This document shows, piece after piece, positions 1-7,796 of a DNA stretch of 30,483 nt. Position numbers and translations under genes: made by a program. Source of the DNA: Actinomycetota bacterium (lineage in GTDB: Bacteria; Actinomycetota; Thermoleophilia; Gaiellales; Gaiellaceae); assembly GCA_046744435.1 (NCBI GenBank), contig JBKPFP010000224.1, positions 1-30,483 of the forward strand. The letters are read 5' to 3'. The notes beneath the pieces were generated by a model, which was not told the DNA's origin, made no database searches, and saw nothing but the letters and a program-made list of their open reading frames with translations. Within the stretch, counting starts at the first letter, position 1. Every line of letters starts with the position of its first letter.

Positions 1-147
1 GATGCTCTGAGAGTCGTCCGCGTTGATGCTGCGCGAGAGGCGCAACCACGGCACACGCTGCGCGGCGTCGTCCTGCGGGGCCTCATCTACGTGCTGGTCG
101 CGCTGGCAGCGTTCGTCGTGGTCACGACCGTCACGTCGAACAGGTGA
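1..147 (+). CDS. 3' end of a hypothetical membrane protein (partial)
   Basis: Frame 1 is open from the window edge to TGA at 145-147 and ends in a hydrophobic stretch (GLIYVLVALAAFVVVTTVTSNR). Confidence 0.45.
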   Translation, partial: DALRVVRVDAAREAQPRHTLRGVVLRGLIYVLVALAAFVVVTTVTSNR

Positions 148-178
148 AAAGGGTCGAACGTGCCGGTCCTCGTGTTTT

Positions 179-206
179 TGGTGGGGGTCCAGCAGTCCGA
201 ACGCCG
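179..206 (-). other. degenerate tRNA-like 3' end (T-arm, acceptor strand, ACCA)
   Basis: Minus strand CGGCG-TTCGGAC-TGCTG-GACCCCC-A-CCA has the 5/7/5/7/1/3 geometry. The T-stem pairs with two G-U; the T-loop is non-canonical. Confidence 0.3.
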
Positions 207-254
207 AGCAGGTCCTACCCCACCCCACCCCTGTACGGCGGCATACTCGCGGTG

Positions 255-548
255 ATGGCAATCGGCCGTGCCGAACGATTCGAGGAGCGGAAACCTCGGG
301 TGATCGCGACCTTCGGCGACGACGAGGAGACGCTACTGGCCGTCTCCCACATCTTCGAACTAATGGAGATGGCCTGGCACGACTGCTATGGAGAGGTCAC
401 GCCCTCGGAGGAGGTCATCGAAAACGTGCTGCTCTGCTCGCAGGGAACGCTCGGCGGCCTGATCCACGCTGCTCACATGGCCGTTATTGACGACCGCGAT
501 CTCTCAGTCTGGGCTTCTGACCTTCGCGACCGACTCGGCACCAACTGA
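255..548 (+). CDS. hypothetical protein (~97 aa)
   Basis: Protein-like acidic composition. ATG at 255 is preceded 7 nt upstream by CATACT (-10-like), so possibly leaderless. Confidence 0.6.
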   Translation: MAIGRAERFEERKPRVIATFGDDEETLLAVSHIFELMEMAWHDCYGEVTPSEEVIENVLLCSQGTLGGLIHAAHMAVIDDRDLSVWASDLRDRLGTN

Positions 549-740
549 AGCGCACCGCGCTCTTTTGCTCTTGAAAATTTCCGGGCAGGCGTTTTACCGG
601 CGAGCCGTTCTAGGCCTGCGGCCCCGGAGGAATGCGGTGCGGCTTGCAGTGGAAGCAAGCATGTTACGGCGGAGGGGATCGGAGTCCCTCAGAGCCCACT
701 CGACGGTGGCGCCGAGCGACGGGCGGGTCGACCGTCGTTC

Positions 741-941
741 TTAGGCTCGCATGCTGTCAATCTCTCGCGCAAGCCGGAGAATTGCCTTCTCTCCGGCTTC
801 GACGCGGTTGTTGAGAAAGGCGATCAGGTCCAGCCGATGGGCCTGGACGTCCTCACTTGTCATGCTGGCCTCTAAAGACTCCCGCCCGCGCCGAACGGCG
901 TCAGAGATGTCCTTCTTGACCTCTTCCTCAAGGCTCATCAT
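741..941 (-). CDS. small helical hypothetical protein (66 aa)
   Basis: Strong SD (GGAGGAGG) just upstream of ATGATG; amphipathic helical sequence. Confidence 0.6.
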   Translation of the reverse strand: MMSLEEEVKKDISDAVRRGRESLEASMTSEDVQAHRLDLIAFLNNRVEAGEKAILRLAREIDSMRA

Positions 942-1125
942 CGGACCTCCTCCCCGGGAAGGGAGAGGGCAAACCTCTAGCCGAGCATCTTGACGAAATC
1001 CTATAACTCCGTTTACAGACCTCTAACAGCGCGACTACAGACAGGCGATACCGGCATGGTTGGGCGAGCGCCCCGGTCCCGAAAAGAGTCATCTTCAAGG
1101 GGGCGAGGTCGCTGCTGTTCTCAAT

Positions 1126-1168
1126 CGGCCCCAGGAGGACTCGAACCTCCGGCCAACGGATCATGAGT
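1126..1168 (-). pseudogene. tRNA(CAT) 3' half (Ile2/Met-type), att-scar-like, copy 1
   Basis: Minus strand aCTCATGAtccgt-tggcc-GGAGG-TTCGAGT-CCTCC-tggggcc-g gives anticodon loop, variable loop, perfect T-arm and acceptor 3' strand. No D-arm or 5' acceptor strand upstream. Confidence 0.75.
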
Positions 1169-1382
1169 TGACCGCAGCCGCCTCGGCGGGGCTACCCACG
1201 ACCTCGTGGCGGCCCTTGGAGAGATCGACTGCGAGACGACCCTCGTCCCCACGCGCCAGCCAGTCGTCGACATCGTGCGCTAGCTCCTCGCCGTCGACCT
1301 CGCGGAGTCGCGCGGCGTCGACCCGGACATGATCCGCATGGGCGACCCGCGCTGGGAGCGGGCCCGCGACGGTTACACCTAG
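1167..1382 (+). pseudogene. 3' gene remnant, possibly the C-terminus of a SIS-domain sugar isomerase
   Basis: One frame reads HDLVAALGEIDCETTLVPTRQPVVDIVR*LLAVDLAESRGVDPDMIRMGDPRWERARDGYT* with an in-frame TAG at 1281. Family assignment is from recalled resemblance only. Confidence 0.4.
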
Positions 1383-1418
1383 CCGTCCCCCGGCAGGATG
1401 CCGCAGAGACGCAATCCA

Positions 1419-1569
1419 TCAGAGCTTCGGGACGTGCTTGCTCGGGCTCGGCTCATCCTCGAGGAAGCCGCCGTCGAGCTCCGTGAGCCCGCGCTCATGG
1501 GCGACTGCGACTGCCTGCGCCCGGCTGTGGACGCCGAGTTTTATAAGTACCCGCTGGATGTGCGTTCCG
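1419..1569 (-). pseudogene. orphan 3' fragment of the LuxR response regulator gene
   Basis: Encodes GTHIQRVLIKLGVHSRAQAVAVAHERGLTELDGGFLEDEPSPSKHVPKL, nearly identical to the C-terminus of 2963-3631. Confidence 0.9.
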
Positions 1570-1650
1570 GTGCCGCCCGGAGTGACGGAGCAGCAGCGGC
1601 GGCCTCGGCCGACTTCTGAACCGAAGCCGCCCGACCGGCTGCAGGCGCTA

Positions 1651-2343
1651 TTAGCTGGAGTAGCCGACCTTGACTGCTGAGATCGACGCGTAGATGAGCT
1701 TCGGGTTCGTGCCCGCACCCTCGTCGCGAATGCATTTCAACCCTGCGCTGGCTCCCTCGGGTATGACTATTGAGGAGGGCACGCTGGTGGTGATCGGGAT
1801 GGTGACGTAACTGTCATCCTCACTTAGATCGCCCACGGTCGCCGCCGCCCCGCTCGCCCAGGCTGGCCGCGTGACCAGCGGCACCTGAAGGGTGCAGGTG
1901 ACGCGCCAACGTGACGACGCGGGGCCGAGGAAGGTCATGTGCGCGGTGAACACATAGCTCCCGGCGGCTAGGTTGTCCATCGTCGCGATCCAGGGCGCCG
2001 CGGGATAGTCCGCCCACGCGATGTCGATCGCCGGATGCGTATCGCCCGCGAAAAAGAGGCTGCTGCAAAATTCGAACCCGCGTGCGTTCGAGGGCCCGAT
2101 GTCGCCCTTGTCACCCTTGTCGCCCTTGTCGCCCTTCGGGCCTGTCGGGCCGGGCAACCCCAGCGCTCCTTGAACGCCTCTTGGTCCTCGATTCCCCCTC
2201 AGGGCCCGCTTCGCCTTCGCGCTGATGTCAACGGTCTGAATCGTGCCGTTCTTGATGTTCTTCGACGTGACGATGAAGACGCCCGCCGATGCTGTCGCCG
2301 CACAGACCAAGGCGACGGCTACCGCCGTGAGCGTGACTTTCAC
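1651..2343 (-). CDS. secreted protein with collagen-like (G-X-Y)12 stalk
   Basis: SD AGGAG before GTG; signal peptide MKVTLTAVAVALVCAATASA; GNR-GPR-...-GDK x3-GDI-GPS run followed by a beta-rich C-terminal domain. Confidence 0.85.
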   Translation of the reverse strand: MKVTLTAVAVALVCAATASAGVFIVTSKNIKNGTIQTVDISAKAKRALRGNRGPRGVQGALGLPGPTGPKGDKGDKGDKGDIGPSNARGFEFCSSLFFAGDTHPAIDIAWADYPAAPWIATMDNLAAGSYVFTAHMTFLGPASSRWRVTCTLQVPLVTRPAWASGAAATVGDLSEDDSYVTIPITTSVPSSIVIPEGASAGLKCIRDEGAGTNPKLIYASISAVKVGYSS

Positions 2344-2668
2344 GGATTACTCTCCTATCTCGGGCTGCGAGCTTTCCGTCCTCAGATTGGCGGGCTCGCG
2401 GCCCGTCTTGCCCTCCTTGCAGCCTAAGACCTGCAAACCTGCGCAATTGTTAGTGAATCGCCGGAATAGGCGCTGGCTTGTGCGCCGCGGCCACGATTCA
2501 GACCGCGGCCCCGGATCAGATGCGGGAACCTCCTCGAGGAGCTTGACGAGCGAATCCTCGGCGTCTTCGAGGTGCGCCCATAGGTACGCTCGATTTGCGC
2601 TTTCGCGGCTCTGCGGCAGGTCCGTCTCGCGCAACCATGCGGTTCCGGCTCAACTATGTAGTACGGAA

Positions 2669-2711
2669 TGAGCCCGCCAGGACTCGAACCTCCGACCAAC
2701 GGATTATGAGT
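2669..2711 (-). pseudogene. tRNA(CAT) 3' half, att-scar-like, copy 2
   Basis: Minus strand aCTCATAAtccgt-tggtc-GGAGG-TTCGAGT-CCTGG-cgggctc-a. Resembles tRNA-Ile2 3' halves; T-stem mismatched; no 5' half. Confidence 0.75.
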
Positions 2712-2925
2712 TGACCGCGGTCGCCTCGGCGGGGTTGCGCACTACCTCGTGGCGGCCCTGGGAGAGATCGTCTGCGAGACGACCCTGTCCCCACGCGCCA
2801 TCCAGTCGTCGACACCGCGCGCTAGCTCCTTCGCTGTCGACCTCGCGGAGTCGCGCGGCGTCGACCCGGACATGATCCGCATGGGCGACCCGCGCTGGAA
2901 GCGGGCCCGCGACGGTAACGCCTAG
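2710..2925 (+). pseudogene. second copy of the SIS-like 3' remnant (frameshifted)
   Basis: Same sequence as 1167-1382 with compensating -1/+1 indels. Confidence 0.4.
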
Positions 2926-2962
2926 CCGTCCCCCGGCAGCAGGGCCGCAGAGACGCAATCCA

Positions 2963-3631
2963 TCAGAGCTTCGGGGCGCGCTTGCTCGGGCTCGGCTCAT
3001 CCTCGAGGAAGCCGCCGTCGAGTTCCGTGAGCCCGCGCTCATGGGCGGCTGCGACTGCCTGCGCCCGGCTGTGGACGCCGAGTTTTGTAAGTACCCGCTG
3101 GATGTGCGTTCCGACAGTCTTGGGGCTGATGAAGAGCTTGCGGGCGATGTCCCGCTGATCCAGCCCCCTGGCGAGCAGCCCGAGAACCTCGCCCTCGCGA
3201 CTCGTCAGGGCCTCTTCATCTCCCGACTCGTAGGAGTTCAGGGTCGACGAAGAACGCGCACGTCGCAGCGCGTTTCTGACTCGTGCCAAGAACTCGTCGT
3301 CGTCGAACGGCTTCACGACGTAATCGTCCGCGCCGAGGAGCAGCCCGGCGACTCGGTCGTAGGGCTCAGTCCTGTCGCCCGATAAGAAGATGATCGCCAC
3401 GTCGTCGCCGAACAAGTCGCGGAGCTCTCGGCACACCTCGTAGCCACTCACCTCGGGAAGATTGATTTCGAGCAGCACGAGCGCAGGGCGAACGCGAGCC
3501 GCGGCTTCTAGCGCTTGCGGACCCGTCCGGACCTCATCTGTTGCAAATCCGATGCGGCTGAGAAGATCCGCGATCTTCGTTCGGGAGCGCCGGTCGGCGT
3601 CGGCAACGAGTATCGGGCCGTTAGTACTCAA
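2963..3631 (-). CDS. NarL/LuxR-family response regulator (REC + LuxR HTH), atypical
   Basis: ILVADAD...LVLLEINLP...FLSG...ADDYVVKPF receiver and LTSREGEVLGLLARG...ISPKTVGTHIQRVLTKLGVHSRAQAV HTH. TTG start at 3631 follows AGAGGA. Confidence 0.92.
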   Translation of the reverse strand: MSTNGPILVADADRRSRTKIADLLSRIGFATDEVRTGPQALEAAARVRPALVLLEINLPEVSGYEVCRELRDLFGDDVAIIFLSGDRTEPYDRVAGLLLGADDYVVKPFDDDEFLARVRNALRRARSSSTLNSYESGDEEALTSREGEVLGLLARGLDQRDIARKLFISPKTVGTHIQRVLTKLGVHSRAQAVAAAHERGLTELDGGFLEDEPSPSKRAPKL

Positions 3632-3958
3632 TAACCATCCTCTCTTAGGGGTCCGAGGACGCCCTATGTTGTAGTCCGTTGGGCGCGTTGATTCAAGCAT
3701 TCAATACTGGGATCAACGCACGTGCGCTGAAGTAACGCCGGTATGGCCTACAGCGATTTCGGCATGTGGAAAACACGGAGATCGCCCGATGTACGAGGTC
3801 GCCCCCGGTCCTAGTGTGTTGTCCGACTAGTCGTCACTCACGCGGCCAAACAGGGGGAGGTGACGCACTACTCGGAAAAGGAGAAGGAGCCGTCTGGAGT
3901 GGAGCGGGTTGCCGCGGCCGTTTCCGACCCCGACGGTCGCACGACTGTCTGAAGTCGG

Positions 3959-3978
3959 GGAGCCCGCGTGCGGGCTCC
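3959..3978 (+). other. GC hairpin upstream of the secreted-protein gene
   Basis: GGAGCCCGC-GT-GCGGGCTCC, 32 nt before the ATG at 4011. Confidence 0.5.
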
Positions 3979-4010
3979 TGGTTCCCACAGCATGAGGAAG
4001 GGAGAGAGGT

Positions 4011-4535
4011 ATGCGGCAAAGGAATGGTTTCAAACGGAACGTCGTTCTTGCTCTTGTGATCGGCGTGGTCGCCGCCCTGGCGACCGGAGCTCTTGCGGCA
4101 ACAATCATCAACCCCGACAATGCCCCGTCGGGTACGCATTTGCAGGCGGGTGCAATCGGCTGCACGGTTGGTAGCGACGGCCTCACGGTCTCGTGTACCC
4201 CGTTCGAGCTGGCGGGAGTCGGCAACACGAACGCGGTTGTGACCCTGAGCGCCACTTACTCGGGGGTCGTCGACTGCTTCAACCGCGGTGGCAACCTCGT
4301 CGAGTCCCACGAGACGACGTTCTCGGCCGTAGATTCGGCCGTGGAGCGCCCCGCTAGGAATGGGCGGCTGCGCGTAGGGGCGCGGACAGTAAGCCCGTCT
4401 CTGGATTTGGCAGAACCTTGCCCGAATCCGAACTGGACGCCCATGTTCCACGAGGGGTCTCCGACGCTAGACACCTGGATCTACACGCTTACCTTCGCCG
4501 GCTTCACGAACCCATACATCACGATCACCCCGTGA
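4011..4535 (+). CDS. secreted Cys-containing hypothetical protein
   Basis: Purine-rich SD; signal peptide ending ATGALA; four Cys, including DCFNRGGN and CPNPNW. Confidence 0.8.
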   Translation: MRQRNGFKRNVVLALVIGVVAALATGALAATIINPDNAPSGTHLQAGAIGCTVGSDGLTVSCTPFELAGVGNTNAVVTLSATYSGVVDCFNRGGNLVESHETTFSAVDSAVERPARNGRLRVGARTVSPSLDLAEPCPNPNWTPMFHEGSPTLDTWIYTLTFAGFTNPYITITP

Positions 4536-4577
4536 CGGGAGTGAGCGGCTAGAGGGAAGTCAGGAAGTCAGACGCTA

Positions 4578-4611
4578 TGCGCCGAGGGGGCCGACAGGCC
4601 CCCTCGGCGCA
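4578..4611 (+). terminator. 15-bp-stem hairpin, likely intrinsic terminator without U-tract
   Basis: TGCGCCGAGGGGGCC-GACA-GGCCCCCTCGGCGCA downstream of the stop at 4535. Confidence 0.65.
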
Positions 4612-4712
4612 GGCGTGTCTCGACCATCTGATCGCCCGGTCTATCTGTCCGGAAATGGCGAGCCTGCGAACTGCCCAGGCGGCATACATGACGCGTCCGA
4701 AAGGAGACCGTC

Positions 4713-5903
4713 ATGAAGAGCTCAATCGTCCAGATCCTGCTTGCTGCCGCGGTCCTGGCCGGCGCCGTCGCGGCCACGGGCGCAGGGGCATCTCACGTGC
4801 GCAACGGGCATGTCCAGTATCGCGTCGTCAACCTCCCGGGGCTCGGCGGCACGTCCAGCGTCGGGTTCAGCATCAACGACCGAGGCTGGGTGGCCGGCCG
4901 CTCCAACCTGCCGGGCAACGAGAGCCGCCATGCCACCCTGTGGCGAAGCGGACGGCTCACCGACCTCGGCACCCTCGGCGGGCCGAACAGCGCCGTGCTG
5001 TGGCCCGTGAAGAACCTCAGGGGCATCGTCACGGGCATCGCGCAGACGAACGAGCCGGACCCGCTGCGCGAGACGTGGAGCTGCGGCTTCTTCTTCCCCG
5101 TCGCCACGCGGACCGGCGTGCGCTGCCTCGGCTTCAAGTGGCAAGGCGGCGAGATGACACCGCTCCCCACGCTCGGAGGTACCCACGGCTTTGCCACCGG
5201 CTCCAACAATCGGGGCCAGGTGGCCGGCTGGGCCGAGAACACCGTGTTCGATCCGACCTGCGTAGAGCCGCAGGAGCTGCAGTTCCGCGCGGTACTGTGG
5301 GGCCCGCGGGACGACCAGATTCGCGAGCTTCCGCCCCTCCCCGGAAGTGACACTGTGAGCGCCGCGACGGCGCTCAACGACCGCGGCCAGGTGGTCGGCA
5401 TCTCCGGTATCTGCGACCAGGCCGTCGGCCGGTTCAGCGCGATCCACAGCGTGCTGTGGGAGCACGGCGTGCCGATCGAGATCGGCGATCTCGGCGGCGT
5501 GGCCTGGAACACGCCGATGGCGATCAACCAGCGCGGGGACGTCGTCGGGTTCGCCAATGCGTCAGCAGCCGACGGCGGCAACCTCAACCCCCGCGCGTTC
5601 CTCTGGATCAGCGGCCAGGGCGTTCGCAACCTCGGCGCCGTGCCGGGCGATCTCACCAGCCAGGCGACCGGGATCAACGAGTGGCGCCAGATCGTCGGCC
5701 AGTCTTGCGACGTGAACGACAACTGCCGCGGCTTCCTCTGGCAGAACGGGGTGATGCGTGACCTGAACGACCTCGCTCCGGACTATGACGACCTCATCAC
5801 GACCGCCAACGACATCGACGACTTCGGCAGGATCACGGGTCAGGCATTCGACGCCGACACGGGTCAGTTCGTCGCCTTCGTGGCGACGCCCATCCGCAAG
5901 TGA
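4713..5903 (+). CDS. secreted HAF-repeat beta-propeller-like protein
   Basis: SD AAAGGAG; signal peptide; repeated (D)LG(T/D)LGG / LP(G/T)LGG and (I/L)N(D/N/Q)RG(Q/W/D)V(A/V)G units typical of HAF extracellular repeats. Confidence 0.88.
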   Translation: MKSSIVQILLAAAVLAGAVAATGAGASHVRNGHVQYRVVNLPGLGGTSSVGFSINDRGWVAGRSNLPGNESRHATLWRSGRLTDLGTLGGPNSAVLWPVKNLRGIVTGIAQTNEPDPLRETWSCGFFFPVATRTGVRCLGFKWQGGEMTPLPTLGGTHGFATGSNNRGQVAGWAENTVFDPTCVEPQELQFRAVLWGPRDDQIRELPPLPGSDTVSAATALNDRGQVVGISGICDQAVGRFSAIHSVLWEHGVPIEIGDLGGVAWNTPMAINQRGDVVGFANASAADGGNLNPRAFLWISGQGVRNLGAVPGDLTSQATGINEWRQIVGQSCDVNDNCRGFLWQNGVMRDLNDLAPDYDDLITTANDIDDFGRITGQAFDADTGQFVAFVATPIRK

Positions 5904-5912
5904 CGTAGCGCT

Positions 5913-5948
5913 TCGGCCGGAGTGGACACTGCGTTCCACTCCGGCCGA
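5913..5948. terminator. 14-bp-stem hairpin between convergent genes
   Basis: TCGGCCGGAGTGGA-CACTGCGT-TCCACTCCGGCCGA. Confidence 0.7.
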
Positions 5949-5952
5949 TCGC

Positions 5953-6310
5953 TCATACGCCGCCGCCGACGACTAGCCCCTGTCGGATTGTCGGGGCGAG
6001 CCGGATGAGCACCGTGTGATAGCTCTCGATGAGTGGCTCGACCGCGTCGCGGTGGTTCCGCCGCCACTCGTCGCTTCCGTAGAAGGCCTCGAGCTGCTCT
6101 TCGCGACTGGCAGCCGACGGGAAGGCGCGCATGAGGTAGTAGACGTCACTGTCGTCGAGGGACGGCCCATACCCGACGACGTCGATCCCGAAGCGGAGGA
6201 GCATCGGCAGGGCACGGTCGCGCGAGGCGGTCGAACTCCGCGCCGCCGCCCGGCACCAGCCTGTACGTGCGCAGGTCGAGGACATCCGCGTCCGGCCGCG
6301 GCTCGCTCAG
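5953..6310 (-). pseudogene. NIPSNAP-family protein, frameshifted
   Basis: The N-terminal VLDLRTYRLVPGGGAEFDR lies in a different frame from RDRALPMLLRFGIDVVGYG...YYLMRAFPS...FYGSDEW. The shift falls in a CG run at ~6219-6224. Confidence 0.7.
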
Positions 6311-7719
6311 GCGGCACCCCGCTCGGCGGGGGTCAGTCGCTTGGCGTCTGCGAGCCAGAGGTGCGTGGCGGCCAGCGCCCGCCAGGGCCTCCAGCGCTCG
6401 GCAAGCTCGCCGAGCGTAGCCGCCGGTTGGGCGGCGCTTCGGGGGACGGCGCGTTGGAGGCCGAGATCCGTGGTCGGGCAGGCGTCGGGCTCACCGAGGC
6501 GGAGGGCGAGGTAATGCGCGGTCCAGGAGCCGAGGCCGTCGAGCGCGGTGATCGAGTCAACGAGCTTGTCTAGGCCGACGCTGCGGTCGAGGCGGACGGA
6601 GTCCTCGGCGACAGCGCGCGCAAACATGCGGATCCCCTCCGCTCTCGCAGGCATGAGCCCAAGAGCTTTGAGATCGCCGCCGACCAACACAGCCGGCGAG
6701 GGAAATGTGTGCGTGAGGCCGAATTGCTCGAGCCCGGGTACCGGGATGCCGAGCCGCTCGACCAGACGGTGGGCAATGGTGTTCGCCGCAGCGAGGGTGA
6801 CCTGCTGGCCGATGATCGCGCGGACGCCGGTCTCGAAGGGATCCCAGGTTCCGGGCGGGCGGAGCCCCGGTCTGGCTCTGAGCAACGGCCCGATGATCGG
6901 GTCGGGGGCGAAGCGGCTCGCCGGCTGGTCGAGGTCGAAATCGAGGCTCGCGATGTTCCGCGCGCGCTGCACGACGTGGACGAGCTCCTCCCAATGCGGG
7001 AGATGGGCGCGTAGGACGAGGTGGTCGCCGCCACCGGGATAGAGCTCGAGCACGCCGGGGTCGTCACCGACGATGATCGTCCGTCGATACGTAGTCCCCT
7101 CCACATTCTCGACGCCCGGGATCGCGCGCGCGGCGAGGTAGCCGACCATCGCATCCCAGTCGAGTGAGCCGCGGAACGGGAGCCGCAGGATGAGGCCGCC
7201 GTCTGCGACAAGCCGGTCGCTCGCGCGGCGCCGGGCGCGCAGCCGACGCGGCGGCTCGCGGAAGACCTCCAGGCAGGCGCGGTTGAACTGGCGCAGGCTG
7301 CCAAAGCCGGCGGCGAAGGCAATCTCCGTGACACTCAGGTCGGTGTCGTCGAGCAGGCGGCGTGCGAAGTGCACCCGGGCCGAACGCGCGAGCCCGTCAG
7401 GCGTCACCCCGAGGTGAACGGTGAAGAGGCGGCGCAGGTGTCTCGCAGAGACGCCCAGCCGCGCGCCCAGGCCGGCCTCGGTACCGTGGTCGAGGGCGCC
7501 GTCGAGGATCATGCGAACGGCTCTGCAGACGAGCTCCGGCGCCGTCCAGGTCACGGACTGCGGCCAGCGGTAGGGCCGGCAGCGAAGGCAGGCCCGGTAG
7601 CCGGCGGCTTCGGCCGCTGCGGCCAGCGGAAACGCGCGCACATTCTCCGCGCGGGGCCGAGCAGAGCAACCGGGACGGCAGTAGATCCCGGTGGTAACGA
7701 CTGCCGAGAAGCCTTCCAC
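6307..7719 (-). CDS. alkA: Ada metal-binding/AraC HTH/AlkA DNA-3-methyladenine glycosylase fusion
   Basis: TTGIYCRPGC and GYRACLRCRP Cys4 site; AraC HTH (IAFAAGFGSLRQFNR); AlkA_N; HhH motif GLGSWTAHY...PTTDLGL. Confidence 0.93.
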   Translation of the reverse strand: MEGFSAVVTTGIYCRPGCSARPRAENVRAFPLAAAAEAAGYRACLRCRPYRWPQSVTWTAPELVCRAVRMILDGALDHGTEAGLGARLGVSARHLRRLFTVHLGVTPDGLARSARVHFARRLLDDTDLSVTEIAFAAGFGSLRQFNRACLEVFREPPRRLRARRRASDRLVADGGLILRLPFRGSLDWDAMVGYLAARAIPGVENVEGTTYRRTIIVGDDPGVLELYPGGGDHLVLRAHLPHWEELVHVVQRARNIASLDFDLDQPASRFAPDPIIGPLLRARPGLRPPGTWDPFETGVRAIIGQQVTLAAANTIAHRLVERLGIPVPGLEQFGLTHTFPSPAVLVGGDLKALGLMPARAEGIRMFARAVAEDSVRLDRSVGLDKLVDSITALDGLGSWTAHYLALRLGEPDACPTTDLGLQRAVPRSAAQPAATLGELAERWRPWRALAATHLWLADAKRLTPAERGAA

Positions 7720-7755
7720 GTGTCAGATCTAACCGGGCCCGCGCGCGCCAGACCA

Positions 7756-7796
7756 GCCGGATCCGGACATCGTCGTCAGGCTTGTCCGTATCCGGC
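7756..7796. promoter_or_regulatory. inverted 14-bp boxes in the divergent promoter region, candidate AraC-type operator
   Basis: GCCGGATCCGGACA-N13-TGTCCGTATCCGGC, 13/14 symmetric. Confidence 0.55.

Larger units (their letters stand above)
1126..1569. repeat. ~444-bp diverged direct repeat, copy 1
   Basis: Aligns by eye with 2669-3113, with scattered substitutions and three single-base indels. Confidence 0.95.
2669..3113. repeat. ~445-bp diverged direct repeat, copy 2
   Basis: Homologous to 1126-1569. This copy continues into the intact response regulator gene. Confidence 0.95.

Noticed and set aside
961-1010. GGCAAACC (c-di-GMP-I riboswitch-like) and TTGACG...TATAAC promoter-like words
   Set aside because: The rest of the riboswitch consensus is absent, and the hexamer spacing is far too short for a sigma70 promoter.
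1419-1718. 99-aa ORF as a real LuxR fusion gene
   Set aside because: The N-terminal half is low-complexity read-through overlapping the collagen gene end, and the HTH is incomplete.
2347-2634. 95-aa minus-strand ORF upstream of the collagen gene
   Set aside because: No SD or recognisable motif; it probably spans promoter DNA, though a decayed gene cannot be excluded.
1126-2711. Intact tRNA genes
   Set aside because: Both lack the D-arm and 5' acceptor strand, so they are reported as fragments.
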